Translations under genes and position numbers: made by a program
Notes under the pieces: model-generated
Database searches by the model: none
What the model was told of the DNA's origin: nothing
Seen by the model: the letters and a program-made list of their open reading frames with translations, nothing else
Assembly: GCA_964016885.1 (NCBI GenBank)
Contig: OZ024742.1
Coordinates: 333,126,001 to 333,190,000, forward strand
Source of the DNA: Eledone cirrhosa
Taxonomy: Eukaryota
Direction: 5' to 3'
Length of the DNA stretch: 64,000 nt
In this document: piece by piece, positions 31,510 to 46,643 of the stretch
Position numbering within the stretch: position 1 is the stretch's first letter
Layout of the letters: the number at the start of each line of letters is the position of its first letter

Positions 31510-32340
31510 ACGGTCTCCGATGAAAGCACCAGGCCAGCAATTTTGAGGCCGGGGAAAGTCGATTAAACGACCCAAGTGCATTACTGGTGCTTTAATTTAC
31601 CGAACCTGTAAGGATAAAAGTCAAAGCTAACCTCGGCGGGATTTGAACCTAGAACACAAAGGGAGGTAACTATGCCACGAAACATGATGTCCGATGCCCT
31701 ATCGATTCTGCGATGGCTTCTAATTGAAGGACAGAGCCAGCAATGTTAGAAGAGGCTAAAGATGAATACATCAACACGAATACGCAACTGGTACTTCATA
31801 TCATTGACTGTGGAAGCTTGAAAATAATTGTTTGAAATTTAAGAGAGATAGAATCGATTATATCGACTATAGCAATTAACTGATAATGTTTCATTTTTAC
31901 CCTGAAAAGATGGGAAAAGGCATGATTTTCGCCTGTATTGAATTTATTATTAAAGAGTCGAAACAAATACTGCATAATATTGTGACAGACGGTCTAGCAT
32001 TTGCCATTTAGAATGAATGCAAATTATTATGTAGTATAGCATTTAACTGGTAATGTTTTTTTGTTTTGTTTTTTTTCTTCTGGTTCTTCTGACTCTGTGG
32101 TGCACAGTCTCTCAGATTTACTTCATCGACCGCCAAATATACCCTACACCTATATAAGCAATTGTCTCTGATTTAGGCATAAGTTCAACAATGTTTGAGG
32201 AAAAGTAAGTCACTAAAATCGATTTATGATGAAAAGCGAAGCTATCCTCAGCGGAATTTGAACATCATAACGTAAAGCGACGTAGTTTTGTGCCGCGAAG
32301 CATTGTGTTCGACGCTCTACCGATACTGGCAATACACCGC
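31510..32340 (-). mobile_element. Cluster of 3-4 decayed SINE family 1 copies
   Basis: Recognisable copies at 31510-31712, ~31715-31810, ~31840-32010 and 32160-32340. Confidence 0.75.
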
Positions 32341-33033
32341 TCATCAATAATAGTATTAATCATGGCCACTGCATGAAATATTGTGAGCTTAATGTTCTTG
32401 TAGTTTGAAAAGAATAACACCTGCTGGGTGGAGTTCCGTTGCTAAAAGCCATAATGAAATTAGATAACTCCTACAAAATTGGATTATTCCAACATTTTGG
32501 GATGTACAAAAATGCAAAGAGAAGTCGTTTTCGTTTGATAGTTATTGATAAAATCCGGGGCATGTGCTTCAGTTTTGTTTGAACTCATCAGTAAGCCATT
32601 CTTCATGGCATAGTTTTTTTACTTGCCAAAATGAGTTATTTTCTTGTTCATCGATTTTAGACAAAGAGTCTTCTTGTGTTAAAATTGCAAGGTCAAACGT
32701 TTCAGCACGCTACATCATTTTATGTGTTAGATATCATCATCATCATCATATATATATATGTGTGTGTGTATATACATATATACATATATACGTATCAAAT
32801 ATATATATATATAATAGGTAGATATCCGACGGGGATCGGGAGGTAACTATAGTTCAAGAGGATACTCATTACGTTGACAGGGCATAAGCACCTTTATTTA
32901 ATATAGAAGTAGATTCTACATGACTAGAACTGTTTCATTCATAGGAAATCATAAATAATGCCCTGGTCATTTAAGAATGTAGTTGTTCTAGTCCGGTAGA
33001 CATCATTTCCTTATTACATTAATCTATCTATCT

Positions 33034-33143
<110 letters not shown>

Positions 33144-33649
33144 ATGTATATTTGTGTACAGAGTATGACACAAACATACAAGCACACTCACATACACACA
33201 TACAAATACACACGCAAACACACACACACATAGATACGCACATATATCTGTGCATATTCATATACGTTGCCCTTACCCAGTACTAGAGACTGAGTTTAAA
33301 TAATTTATTTGATTCATTCAGACAGTGAGAGTACTAACTGGTACTTCATGTTTCTCCAGACATGATGTGTCGTGTATGTTTGAAACGTTTCCAGAACATT
33401 GCGGAACGTATCACTGAGTTAATACATATATAATAAACCAATGAGAAAATTATGCAAATCATATCTAATACAACAGATAATGGGATCAATATTGAACATG
33501 ACACCAAATGTCAAAATGACGCCCTCCAGAAAGGCAACGGTACTGGCGTTTATGGTCAATGGAATATTAATAATGATGATGATGGTGATGACGATGATGA
33601 CAACAATAACGATAACGATAAAACTTAATGGCATCATTAGCATCATCAG

Positions 33650-33706
33650 CAGCAGTAGTAGTAGCAACGGCAGCAGGGCCTGGAGCAGCAGCAGCAGCAG
33701 ATACAA

Positions 33707-33741
<35 letters not shown>

Positions 33742-33820
33742 GTAGTAGTAGTAGTGTGTAGGAGGAGGAGGAGGAGGAGGAGGAGGAGGAGGAGGAGGTA
33801 GAAAGCAGCAGTAGTAGTAG
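33650..33820. repeat. (AGC)/(AGT)/(GGA) compound microsatellite
   Basis: Direct inspection. Confidence 0.9.
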
Positions 33821-34174
33821 TATAATATATTTAGTATAATATCAATAACAGTAACAATTATTAGGCTACAGACAAAAGCGAAATTTTCACTTAGACTGCA
33901 TCAATTGCTTTATCAACCGAAATCATTTATTTGATATCGGCGCCAGACAGAGGGATGGAAAAAAGAGCATATTAAAGCAGCACGTTAAATTAATAATAAT
34001 AATTAGAAGAAGAAGAGGAAGTCGAAGGAGAAGGAGAATAATAATAAGAAGTTTAACTCTTTTTCCTCTTTGTAACTCTGCGAAATTGTGCTTGTGTGTG
34101 TGTGCGACTACTTCATTTCTTTATATCTATTCACTTTTACCGTCTCTTTCTCACAACATGTAGCAACACACAAA

Positions 34175-34311
<137 letters not shown>

Positions 34312-34500
34312 CTCTTCTTCGTCCACTTATTACTGACATAGTCGTGGAAGCAGAGTCCTGGAACACTCCTTCCAGCATGTCCTGTCAGACGCATCCGTTT
34401 CCATCTGTTCCGGCGGGATCCACAAGGAAGTCAAGACGAGCTCATGGATGTTATTCAACCATCTTGCTCGGGGTTAAATATGCGTCTCCTGCCGTTGCAA
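34312..34500 (-). mobile_element. RTE LINE 3' end with (GAA) tail
   Basis: Reverse reads GRRR..PRARWLNNIHELVLTSLWIPPEQMETDASDRTCWKE; homologous to 53630-53790. Confidence 0.65.
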
Positions 34501-34629
34501 TGACGTAAGAGAACTCAAATCATAGCAATACTCGATGCCTGATGAGATGCAGTGTATGGATATTTAAAAGTTATTGTCTCCATGAGGAACGCACCCGTTT
34601 CTTCATGACAGATAACTAACACCTCCTAC

Positions 34630-34805
34630 ACGTGTGGCTTAGTGGTTACAGAATTGGATTTTCGGACCGGGCGATGCGTTATGTCCTTGAGCAAGACACT
34701 TTATTTCACGTTGCTTTTCTACCTGGAGTTGCGACCGATAGAGAGCATTAGCAATTGGAAAGACCAATGGGGACATTGTCTCCTCGGTCTGATTTGACGA
34801 AAGTT
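34630..34805 (+). mobile_element. SINE family 2 with internal deletion
   Basis: gtgtggcttagtggtta head; gtccttgagcaagacactttatttcacgttgct. Confidence 0.75.
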
Positions 34806-34820
34806 GATTTTCTTTTATTT

Positions 34821-34932
<112 letters not shown>

Positions 34933-35330
34933 GAGTGAGAGAGAGTGAGAGAGAGATAATTCACAAGAATCAAAGCTATGTTCAAAGCATTTATTCACTT
35001 ACAGTTGTTTCATCCAAACCTAGGCTTGGATTCTTCGGACCATTTTTCAATGTTTGTAGTTGTTTGGTGGTTGTAGTGGTAAGGTATTTTTTGTATAGAA
35101 CAAAAAAGTATGTGTGCAGAAAAATTAAAATAAAAAGAAGAAGCAAAAGAAAGTTATGGTTTTCGTATCCAGCAGCATTTTCACATTCAGAAAAAGAAGA
35201 TATAGTTTCTACATCCATCACATAAGTAACGATGCTTCCGTATTGAATATTTGATGCATTAAAATAAATTATTATAGCGCATTAAGGCTCAGTGTTATTT
35301 AATCCTAGTTTATAGAATAGGTTGATTCTG

Positions 35331-35380
35331 CTGCAAGAATTTACAGCGGATTATTAATAAACCGCTGTAAATTCTCGCAG
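35331..35380. repeat. 50-bp near-perfect palindrome
   Basis: ctgcaagaatttacagcggatta-ttaa-taaaccgctgtaaattctcgcag. Confidence 0.85.
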
Positions 35381-35665
35381 CATGTACGTCAATGTACGTC
35401 AATATTCATCTTTTTCCATTTCTCCATTTCTTTAATTTCTTTAGTCCAAATACGGCGATAGCTTACATTTCTAATATATATATATACATACATATATATC
35501 CTACGTACATATATATCATATATACATACATATATATATACACACTCATATATATATATATATGGGTGTGTATATATAATATATATATGTGTGTATATAT
35601 ACATATATGTGTGTGTGTGTGCGTGTGTGTGTGTGTGTGTGCATTCATACACACACACACACACC

Positions 35666-35700
<35 letters not shown>

Positions 35701-36075
35701 GGCCCCCAGTCATTCGTGCTAGAATTTCAATAATTCCTGAACTTCTATGGTGGTGTATTTTCTTGATTTCAATAGAAACGTTCTTTACCAACAAAAATGA
35801 ATAACTGATTCTACAACAACACCAACACCTCGACCTATCTTTTTCATACATTACAATCATTTCATTTGTTTCATCATCATCATCATCATGCTTATCATCA
35901 CCACCACCACAACACCACCAAGTCGCATCATCAACACTTCTAACAGTATTCTCATCATCATCATCGTCAATACCACCAAGCACCATCATCAACACTACCA
36001 ACAATATTCTCATCATCTTCAACCTAGTCGTATTCATCATAGTCGCCATCGAATACGTCATTATCATCGTCATCG

Positions 36076-36171
36076 ACGTCATCATCATAGTCATCTACGT
36101 CATCATCATAGTCATCTACGTCATCATCATAGTCATCCACGTCATCATCATAGTCATCTACGTCATCATCA
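36076..36171. repeat. 21-bp minisatellite, ~4.5 copies (acgtcatcatcatagtcatct)
   Basis: Direct inspection. Confidence 0.9.
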
Positions 36172-36544
36172 CCATTTATAGTCATTAGAATTGTTCTAAT
36201 CCACATCGTTATTGTTAACGTTTTCTAATGAAGGTACAAAGCCACAGATTTTGTTAAGTTTTATCCTAATTTCTCAACAGTGGAATAGTGAATATACAAA
36301 TAAGATATCGGCGGTCTTTGACTTCTAAATGTAAAGGATTGTAACACATCTTAAAGCATTGCAGCTTAAAGGTTTTTTAATTCAAAATGGCCCTATAGGA
36401 TACATTGGATACTGAATATGAAGCGGGATGGTCAAGACAAAGTTGCCTTTAAAACATGTTGTCAAGTTTAGGGTTCCCTTAGAGATAAACAAGAGAATAA
36501 GCAAAAAACGCAATCAACATGGCCATCATAAACATTACGACCAT

Positions 36545-36935
36545 TGCTACACCACCTCTAACACAACCACTACCGCCTCCACCACCACAACCAACTACAG
36601 CAACAACAATATCACCGATACCAAGAGCACGAGCACCACAACCACCACAACCACCACAACCGCCAACAGCAAAACCAACATCACCACCACCACCAATGTT
36701 ACAACCACTACCACAACCAACAACACTAAAGCCATCACTACCACCACCACCACCACCACCTCCACCGCCGGCACATAGACCAACACCACCAGCAACACCG
36801 GCACCACCACCACCACCACTACCACAACCAACAACACCACCACTACGACAACCAACAACACCACCGCCGCCAACTCAACCATCACCACCACCACAACCAT
36901 CACCACAGTCTCCACCGTCGCCACCACTACAACAA
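36545..36935. repeat. Imperfect (ACC/AAC)n tract
   Basis: Direct inspection; gives the poly-Thr/Pro/Val ORFs. Confidence 0.9.
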
Positions 36936-37261
36936 AAATAACAAGTACATAACTTCTCCTATCACCAATAACGCTACATTCTCTCAGATGTTTGCTAAGG
37001 AATGCCGACATTCTAGTTAACAGTGACACTTGTCAGTGCAAAGGTTGATGGGTAGAGTTATTGTAATACCTACCCTACATGTGTATATATATATATGAGT
37101 GTGTGTGATTGTATGCGTCTGTGTGTGCGTGTGTGCATGTGTGCGTGTGCGCAAGTATGTGTCTATGTGTAAACATATTTACATATTTACATATATATAT
37201 ATATATAAATATATATAGAGAGATATCATATATACTAACACATACACACACACACACAGAT

Positions 37262-37296
<35 letters not shown>

Positions 37297-38850
37297 CGTT
37301 TCTCTTACACTCTCTAGATACATATGTGTTGTTGATAACATTTGCTGTTTATGTTTAGCGTTCCACACATTGTCAGAAGTGTGAAGTAGTGAAGCTGGGT
37401 GTAATGGTGAGACTAGGAGATGGCGGGGAGGTAGTCGCTTCTGATAACCGCCTTGATTCCACCAGTTTCGGTGCTGCTTGTGTCAGAAAATTTCATCTCC
37501 GAGCTCCATCATCATATCAAGAACTTGTACACGTTGGCCCACCTAGATCCATACATACATCAACCTACACTTATGTATGTATGTATGTATGTATGTATGT
37601 ATGTATGTATGTATGTATGTATGTATGTATGTATGTATGTATGTATGTATGTATGTATGTATGTATGCATGTATGTATGTATGTGTGTGTGTTTGAGTGT
37701 ATGTGCATGTATGCATGTGTGTGCATGTATGCATGTGTGTGTATGTAATCATATATGTATGTAGATACGTAAGTGTTCATATATATATATATGTGTGTGT
37801 GTGTAGGTATATACGTATGAATGTATATATGTGTATATATATATATATATATGTGTATATATATATATATATGTGTGTATATATATATATATGTGTATAT
37901 ATATATATGTGTATATATATATATATATGTGTATATATATATGTGTATATATATATATATATATATGTGTGTATATATATATATATGTATATATATATAT
38001 GTGTATATATATATATGTGTTTATTATATATATATATATGTGTGTATATATATATATATGTATATATATATGTGTATATATATATACCTGCAACCCTGAT
38101 GGTATCCAATGATGTTGACTTGTTCTTCTTTTTGGTAAATATCATCTTGGTTAAGAGAGTGGGACTGGCTTTGTGCAGTGCCTTTGCTCACTATAAAAGC
38201 TTCTCGGCACAGGCATTGCTTTATATCTGGAGATCTCTCTGCACTTGTCATCACATGGTACCATGGGCCCAGCACTATGTGTCAATAATTGTCACAAGTG
38301 TAGTGTTTGTACCAGATTTTTTAAGTAGCTGGCTGTACTAAAATGTCACACTCGTTCAGCGCATAGGTAGGGGTTCTCCTATATGGATATAAATTAGTGG
38401 CCGTACTCGAAAACGAGTTGGCAGCCACCATATATATATGTATATATGTGCGAATGTTTATGTGCTTGTCTGTGTGTATCAATTCCTACTTTGAAATATA
38501 TATATAGAGACAGACAGAGACTCAGTTGGTTCCAATCCATGCAGAGTGCATAAAATACATTTTAAAAAGTTAACTTTTGTAAAATATTGTATATTTTGCG
38601 AGAGGTGAATGGTTATATCGTTGGTTAAAATGGGATGTTTGTTAACATTTTTCTTGCTTTAGATTTCGAAGTCATGGGAGTAATGTTGATTGTTTTGACC
38701 TAGGACAATGGTGATTTATGAAAATGTATATCGAAGGTTTAGTAGGTGTAACGTAGCTAGTGTGTCGCGCAGGGCAGCCCTTCAGTATGCTGCCCCGGAC
38801 CCCTACGAAATACATATCGCTATATATATATATATATATATAGTAAAAAT

Positions 38851-38983
38851 AATAATAATAAATGCGAATACTAAAATCCGAAGAGGGTTCGATAAGGTTA
38901 GTATATATAACATATATAGAACCATTGATCCCGTTGAGGGTGAAAGCAGCGATTCTTTCCTTAAGCTTTAATCTGTTATTTTA

Positions 38984-38985
<2 letters not shown>
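38851..38985. mobile_element. Family B head-to-head fragment
   Basis: ctaaaatccgaagagggttcgataagg joined to gatcccgttgagggtgaaagcagcgattc; in (TA)n. Confidence 0.8.
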
Positions 38986-39037
<52 letters not shown>

Positions 39038-39451
39038 TTTACAACTACGGTCGGACGTGTCTTGTTTCTCTCGATTACTCGGTCTCGAACGATTTCCTAC
39101 CTATAGCTGTTCGCACATTGCTCGATTTGTGTCTTTTTTCGGTGTGTTCTTACTGTTTCTCTTTTTTCCCCTTTGCTTTCCTTCCCTCGTTCCTTCGTTT
39201 TCCCTATAACTTATCCTGCTATTGACACCCTGGGGTGAAGTGGTATCTTGTCTTTAAAGCGTAGAAATATCTTAGACCCTAGTAGACAACTGATGAGGAA
39301 AACTTCCCCGCCCCGCCCTGTTCTTGCTTTCTTCGTATTCCCACTACATTTTAATTTAACTTAAATAGGAACTACACAGCCATTTCTATTAATTTCATAT
39401 ATAAATGATCAAAAGGACGATTGATTATTCCTTCATTGCATTTATTACCTC

Positions 39452-40017
39452 ATGCGGATTATCAGCTCGGACTGGTAATTGTTATATAGGAAGAATAACC
39501 GTATGAACGCACATGCGCAGAAACGGTCACTTCGCCCAAGAAAACCAAAACCACGGACGAAAGGGAGATAACTGCCAATCGCCGGAATAAAAAGTTCAAG
39601 TTGATTCGAAAATTAGAATGTTGTTGTTATTCAATCCGGAGCTTTGTAGTTATTCAAGAGGTGTTTCCAGGCATGTGGACAACGTGAGAATATTTCAGCC
39701 TTTGATTTAGGCAATCACTATTGCGTAAATTTAGGTAATCGCTATTGCCTAAATGAAAGAAAGAAATATTCTCGCGTTGTCCACATGTCTGGAAACACAT
39801 CTTGCATAACTGCAAAGTTCCGGATTGAATAACAACATCATTCTAATTTTCTAATCAACTTGAACATTTTATTCCGGAGATTCGCAGTTTTCTGCCTTAC
39901 ACCTTCCGAACGTGTTTTTTTTATCGCTTGGGTGAAGTGACCGTTTCTGCGTATGCACGTTCATACGGTTGTTCCTGTTCCGTATAACTATTACTAGTCC
40001 GAGCTGAAGATCTGCAT
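39452..40017. mobile_element. ~570-bp palindromic MITE-like element, no central spacer
   Basis: Arms align from atgcggattatcagctcggactggtaa to ttactagtccgagctgaagatctgcat; centre at 39729/39730. Confidence 0.85.
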
Positions 40018-40257
40018 AACGTGAAACAATTGTTCTCGGGATGGTAAACTAACTGTTGTGTTACTACTTCTACCCAACTCGTCCCATGGACTGAGTGCTC
40101 TACCACTACCCATATTACCTCCAGTGTTTTACCTCCTCTCTCTCTATATATATATATCTATCTATCTATCTTTCTCTCTCTCTCTTTTTCTTTCTCTCTC
40201 TCTCTTTTTCTCTCTCTCTCTCTCTCTCACACACTCTATATATATATATATATATAT

Positions 40258-40400
40258 TTATTAAAATAACAGATTAAAGTTTAAGCAAATAATCGCTGCT
40301 TTCACTCTTAACGGGATCTTCTTGAACTAAAAAAGTCAATCTGTCAACGCAGAGCCTTATCGAGCCCTCTTCGCATTTTAGTCTTCAAAATGATTATTAT

Positions 40401-40405
<5 letters not shown>
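40258..40405. mobile_element. Family B head-to-head fragment
   Basis: Matches 61780-61876, then switches to ccttatcgagccctct..ttttagtcttcaaa; in (TA)n. Confidence 0.8.
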
Positions 40406-40480
<75 letters not shown>

Positions 40481-40704
40481 TAACTTGTCTGTGTACCAAT
40501 GTAATATGCTGCAGCATTAAACGAACGCTTATTTTTTACAGCAGACCCAAATGTGCCGTACCCATAAAAGTGTCACGCGAGGTGCTCCTCCTCTTCCTAC
40601 GCTACTGCCTAGTAGCAATTCACACATATGTGTAGCAACTCAATTGTCTGATGAAAAATGTGTCTAAAAGCAAAGTAGTAGAAGCAACGATACGATAAAA
40701 TAGA

Positions 40705-40895
40705 AAAATAATTGTTTCTTCTTTTGGCACAAGACCAGCAAATAGACCCAGTGTATTACTGGTGCTTTATTTCATTGACCCCGTAACGATGAAAGGCAAA
40801 GTTTACCTCGGCGGTATTTGATCTCAGACCGTAAAAGGGGCGTAACTCTATGCTGCAACGCATGACGTCCGACCCTTTACCGGTACAGCCATTCC
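40705..40895 (-). mobile_element. SINE family 1
   Basis: Reverse complement of the family consensus. Confidence 0.85.
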
Positions 40896-41154
40896 AAATA
40901 ATATGTGCAGACAAAATGACTGTTAAACTGAGGTTTTCCTTGTGTCCCACCAGTATATAAAACATTTACTGAAATCATCGCTTGTTTCCTCAGCTATATA
41001 ACCCATTTAAAACTTAACCCTGGTCTATGTTCAGTTTTAATTCATATAGCTGTGGAAATGAAATACTTGTGAAGTAATGATGGTAAACGTAGCACGCAAA
41101 AAATATTGTAACCATGCAAAGAAAACAATTGTGTGTGTGTGTGTGTGTGTGTGC

Positions 41155-41221
<67 letters not shown>

Positions 41222-41379
41222 TGTGTGTGTGAGTGTGTGTGTTTGTGTGCGTGTGTGCACATATATATTTATATATATATGTATATGTGTGTGTGTATTA
41301 TACTATTATACAGAGAGATAAAGATAAAGAAATGGGGAGAGAGAAATAGCGATGTGGGAGCGAATGAGAGAGTGAGTGA

Positions 41380-41463
<84 letters not shown>

Positions 41464-42235
41464 TATTAATTGCCGGCTGTGAATAAATCAAAAGGATAAG
41501 TCGATATGATATGAAAATCGTGTGAGTAATTATGAGGAAAAGAGAAAGTAGGCGAGTAAGAGTGAAAGGGAGAGTGGGGAGTAAGGCAGATTAAGAGGGG
41601 AAAAAATAATAAAAGAGAGGGACATAGAAATACGATATATTAGAGAAAACAAAATCCAGTTTTGGAGCTTTGAGAGCAGGTCAGGTCATCAGTCAAAAAG
41701 GAATTATTGTTATTCATAAGATCATAACATATCTGACAGTACTTCCGGTATTGTCATAAAGGCCATTTAGCCCATTGAAAATGAAAAACAAGTCTCATAT
41801 TCAACTGTCAGAAAAGATATACTTCATATCGCAGCTTTCTATTGTACTATAGACGTCAGTCAAATACCCTTAGCTTTGTGTCAGTCTCAAATTTCTCCGA
41901 CTATTTATCACTAGCTGGCATTTAAAACGAGAGGTCAAATGGATTTTTTTTCTAATTCTGGTCAATTCATTTCGCTCTGTTGAAAGTATACTGCTGTACA
42001 AGTTATGAAATAACAAAAGTCAACCAGTAAATCTTAATTATATTCTTAATTATATAGATTAGGCACACCCAGCGAATACGAGAACGCTATAGACACGTAT
42101 AGACACACGTGCACATAAGGCATACATACATAAACACACAATTTTGTAGATATACTTATATACAACAAGATGTGTCATTTTCTTTATGTGTGTGTGTATA
42201 AATATTTGTATGTATGCGTATATGTGTATTTATGT

Positions 42236-42286
<51 letters not shown>

Positions 42287-42654
42287 CGTGTATGTAAGTG
42301 TGTGTGTGTGAGAGAGAGAGTGGAGACAGAGGGAGAAAGAGTGTGTGTGTTTGTTTATGTGTATGCGCGTATGATTTCGTTCTAGTGCGTGAGTGTCAAG
42401 ATTAGGCAGAGTAAAAAACGTACTGAAGTAAGGAAAACAATAAAAAAAAACGACATAAACAAGGAAATACAACATTAGTTTTCAACTTTATATCAACGTG
42501 ATTTCGACACCTTCACTCCATCAAGCAATGTCAAGAACATTAAAACTATTAAGGAATTAAGAATTATTTGACCCTCAAACCATAATCCTATAGAGAAAAT
42601 ACCAGAATATATTGTCGCTTTTCTAGGTAAGCTTAAAAAAGGACAACAATAAAA

Positions 42655-42841
42655 AATAATTCTTTCAACTTTTGGCACAAGGCCAGTAATTGACCAGTAC
42701 ATTACTGGTACTTTATTTTGTCGACCCCGAAAGGATGAAAGACAAAGTTAACCTCGGCGGGATTTGAACTCAGTCCGTAAAGGACCGTAACTCTATACTG
42801 CAAAGCATAGCGTCCGACCCTCTGCCCCTCTGCCGATGCTG
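42655..42841 (-). mobile_element. SINE family 1
   Basis: Reverse complement of the family consensus. Confidence 0.9.
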
Positions 42842-43595
42842 GGTAATAGCAGAGAATATTTGTGGTTCGACCTAAATGGGAATGAGGTAACGCAAGTGTC
42901 CTCAGAATAAAAAAAAATACACTGATGGCAGAAAAGGGGAGAGTAATATCTTCGAATAATCGGACTTAAGCACCGTAGATAAGAGGGTAAAATCAGGACT
43001 ATCAGAAAGTTTTGTGAAGAGTGACGAAGCCAGAAAGTAAAAGGACAGTAAAAAATGGTAGTAGTGACAAAAGATGAGAGCATAATTGCCTCCTTGGTAA
43101 AGAAAGAACCAACATGAGAAGAATGAAAAAAGATAATGGAGTAAATGATTGAAAGGAAGAAAAAGAGAAAGAAGATATTATAAACACAAGTGCCATGAGA
43201 ACAGTGTGAAACTGAAGAACTAGAAATGGGTGAATTGCAGAGAGTACAACACCTGTAGATCTGGTAAACGTCCCTGTGTAACGTTTGAAATAACAATGAA
43301 TTTTACTGTGGGAAGATAATTTGTTTAAAGAATTTTATGAAAGAATGTTTTTTGTTATCTTTTGCGTAAGAGTGGGTGCTTGTAGGCGTTTCCTGTAGAT
43401 ATGGAATAGTGTAAGAGTAAAAAAAGTGTGGGTCGTTGAAACCAAATATAATGTAGTGCTTGTTTATAACCAAGGAGCGGATTATCAGGTTTTGGAGGTC
43501 AATACTTGATCCGAATAACTACAGTTTGTTGCGCCTTCCCTTATTTTGTTCCACATAACTTCCTTAATAATAATAATGATAAAAATAATAATAAT

Positions 43596-43782
43596 AATTG
43601 TTTCTACTTTAGGCACAAGGCCAGAAATAACCCAGTGCATTACTGGTACTTTATTGTATCGACCCCGTAAGGATGAAAGGCAAAGTCAACCTCGGCGGGA
43701 TTTGAACTCAGATCGTAAAGGGACGTAACTATGCTGGAAAGCATGGCGTCCGACCCTCTACCGATACTGCCAATCCACCGCC
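43596..43782 (-). mobile_element. SINE family 1, full length, in (AAT)n
   Basis: Intact 5' GGCGGTGGATTGGCAGTATCGG, B box, core and tail. Confidence 0.92.
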
Positions 43783-43800
43783 CTAATAATAATAATAATA

Positions 43801-44220
43801 ATGACAATAATGCTTTCTTTATTAACCACAAGGGTTTACATAAAGTAGACATTAAGGACAGTATCGGACAATACAGGTCGGTACAAATGGGTATTTCTGC
43901 GTGTAAAAAAACAAAAACAGAGGATGTAACAAAAAAATAACAATCAAAAATTCCCCAATAGGAGGAGACTTCCGAGAGATATTTGTGGAGAAAGCTCATT
44001 AAAAAGCCACAGTAAACCTGACCACCAGGGCAAGAGCCCTCTCCCAGTTTTCTACCTTTAATTTACAGACACATACTCAGAGTAGGCCCGGCCCATTCAC
44101 TCGGGCCATTCTTGCTTCTCTCACCCATCTTTCAACAAAATGCTGGGAAGAGAGCACCTCCCTCTCTACCCTGATTTTCCTTTTCAAATGAAATTTGAAA
44201 AAGTTAATCAGGGCATGACA
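43801..44220 (-). mobile_element. Tx1/L1-like LINE 3' end
   Basis: Reverse reads HALINFFKFHLKRKIRVEREVLSSQHFVERWVREARM, then a 3' UTR with AATAAA and an (ATT) tail. Confidence 0.6.
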
Positions 44221-44725
44221 ATAATGATGATGATTTCTTCATTAACCACAAAGGGTTTACAAAAAATAATAATAAATTCCGTATAATATATCTCTGTGTG
44301 TGTGCGTGCGTGTGGGCGAGTAAGTTTCAGTGCGGTGTGGAGAGGGGGTTTGTTTGATATTCTGCTAATATTGTAGCACCAGGACACAGAGCCGTACGTG
44401 ATGTTTGAGTCAGCTGCGGATATACGCATCAAAATTACTTTCTTTGTTCTCATTAATTTGTATTTGTATAAGTGACATGATTAAACATAAGTTGAAGCAC
44501 GAATGCTTACACGGACACACAGACACACGCATGGGCACAAATACATACATATATATGTAAATATATATATGTGTGTGTGTGTGTGTGAAAATGTATGTGT
44601 GTGTGTATGTGTACACTTTTAAGACAACCAGTTTCGTATATATGTCCTAAAACAAAGATAATTAATGGTTCTATTGTACAAAAAAAAATATCATGAAATG
44701 TTGCCTTTTTGGAGGTTTTGTTGGA

Positions 44726-45667
<942 letters not shown>

Positions 45668-46451
45668 TGCGTGTGAGTGTGTGTGTTTTCACTAATGAAT
45701 ATATATATATGTATGTATATATGTATTTACTACGAAATCAGGTCATACAATGAGTTATAGTTACATTAGGAAGGAAATGTATTCAAACATATATACGGTC
45801 ATACATACACACACGCAGACACACATGCACACACGCACACACACACATGCACACTCACCCATATGTGTATGTAAGCATGTATTTATATATCTGTATGTGT
45901 GTGAATGTATATTTGTGTGACTGTGTGTTGCTGTGAGTCTCAATGTAGTTTATAGCAATTAATCGGACAGTGTCGTTTTATAAATCGATCATGTTAATGG
46001 AAATCAGCAACACAGCACGTTATTTCCGTTCAAACTTATAGAATCGTGTGGATTTGTAGTTGTTTTCCCGCTGTGGATGGCAAATTGTAAAACTTACATA
46101 TATATGATAGGTGGATTCACACAATCTTACTTGCATACATACATTCTTACATACACATACATACATACATAATACATACATAATACATACATACATACAT
46201 ACATACATACATACATACATACATACTTATATTTATTTGTGTGATAGGATTGTATGTGTGTATCTACATGTAAGTATGTAAAAGTGTGTAAATGTATATT
46301 TGTCTATAAATATCTCTTGTAATTACATAAGCGCATGTACGTTTCAGTATATAAATTTCGCACACACACACTCATACATACACACACCCACACTCACACG
46401 CATACATACCACACACACACGCATACACACACACATACACACATATATATG

Positions 46452-46513
<62 letters not shown>

Positions 46514-46606
46514 TATACATATACACACACACACATATATATACTTACATATATGTTTACGCATATATATATATGTGTGTGTGCATGTATGTGTGTGTAT
46601 GTGTGC

Positions 46607-46643
<37 letters not shown>

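Noticed and set aside
36076-36171. Regular 21-bp repeats as a possible CRISPR array
   Set aside because: Head-to-tail minisatellite with no spacers, in a eukaryotic context
36519-36941. Proline-rich extensin-like and threonine-rich mucin-like ORFs
   Set aside because: Imperfect (ACC)n repeat open in several frames on both strands; no splice or domain support
39290-39310. CTGATGA followed by a GGAA(AAC)TTCC hairpin
   Set aside because: No GAAA or stem III follows; at most a broken hammerhead remnant
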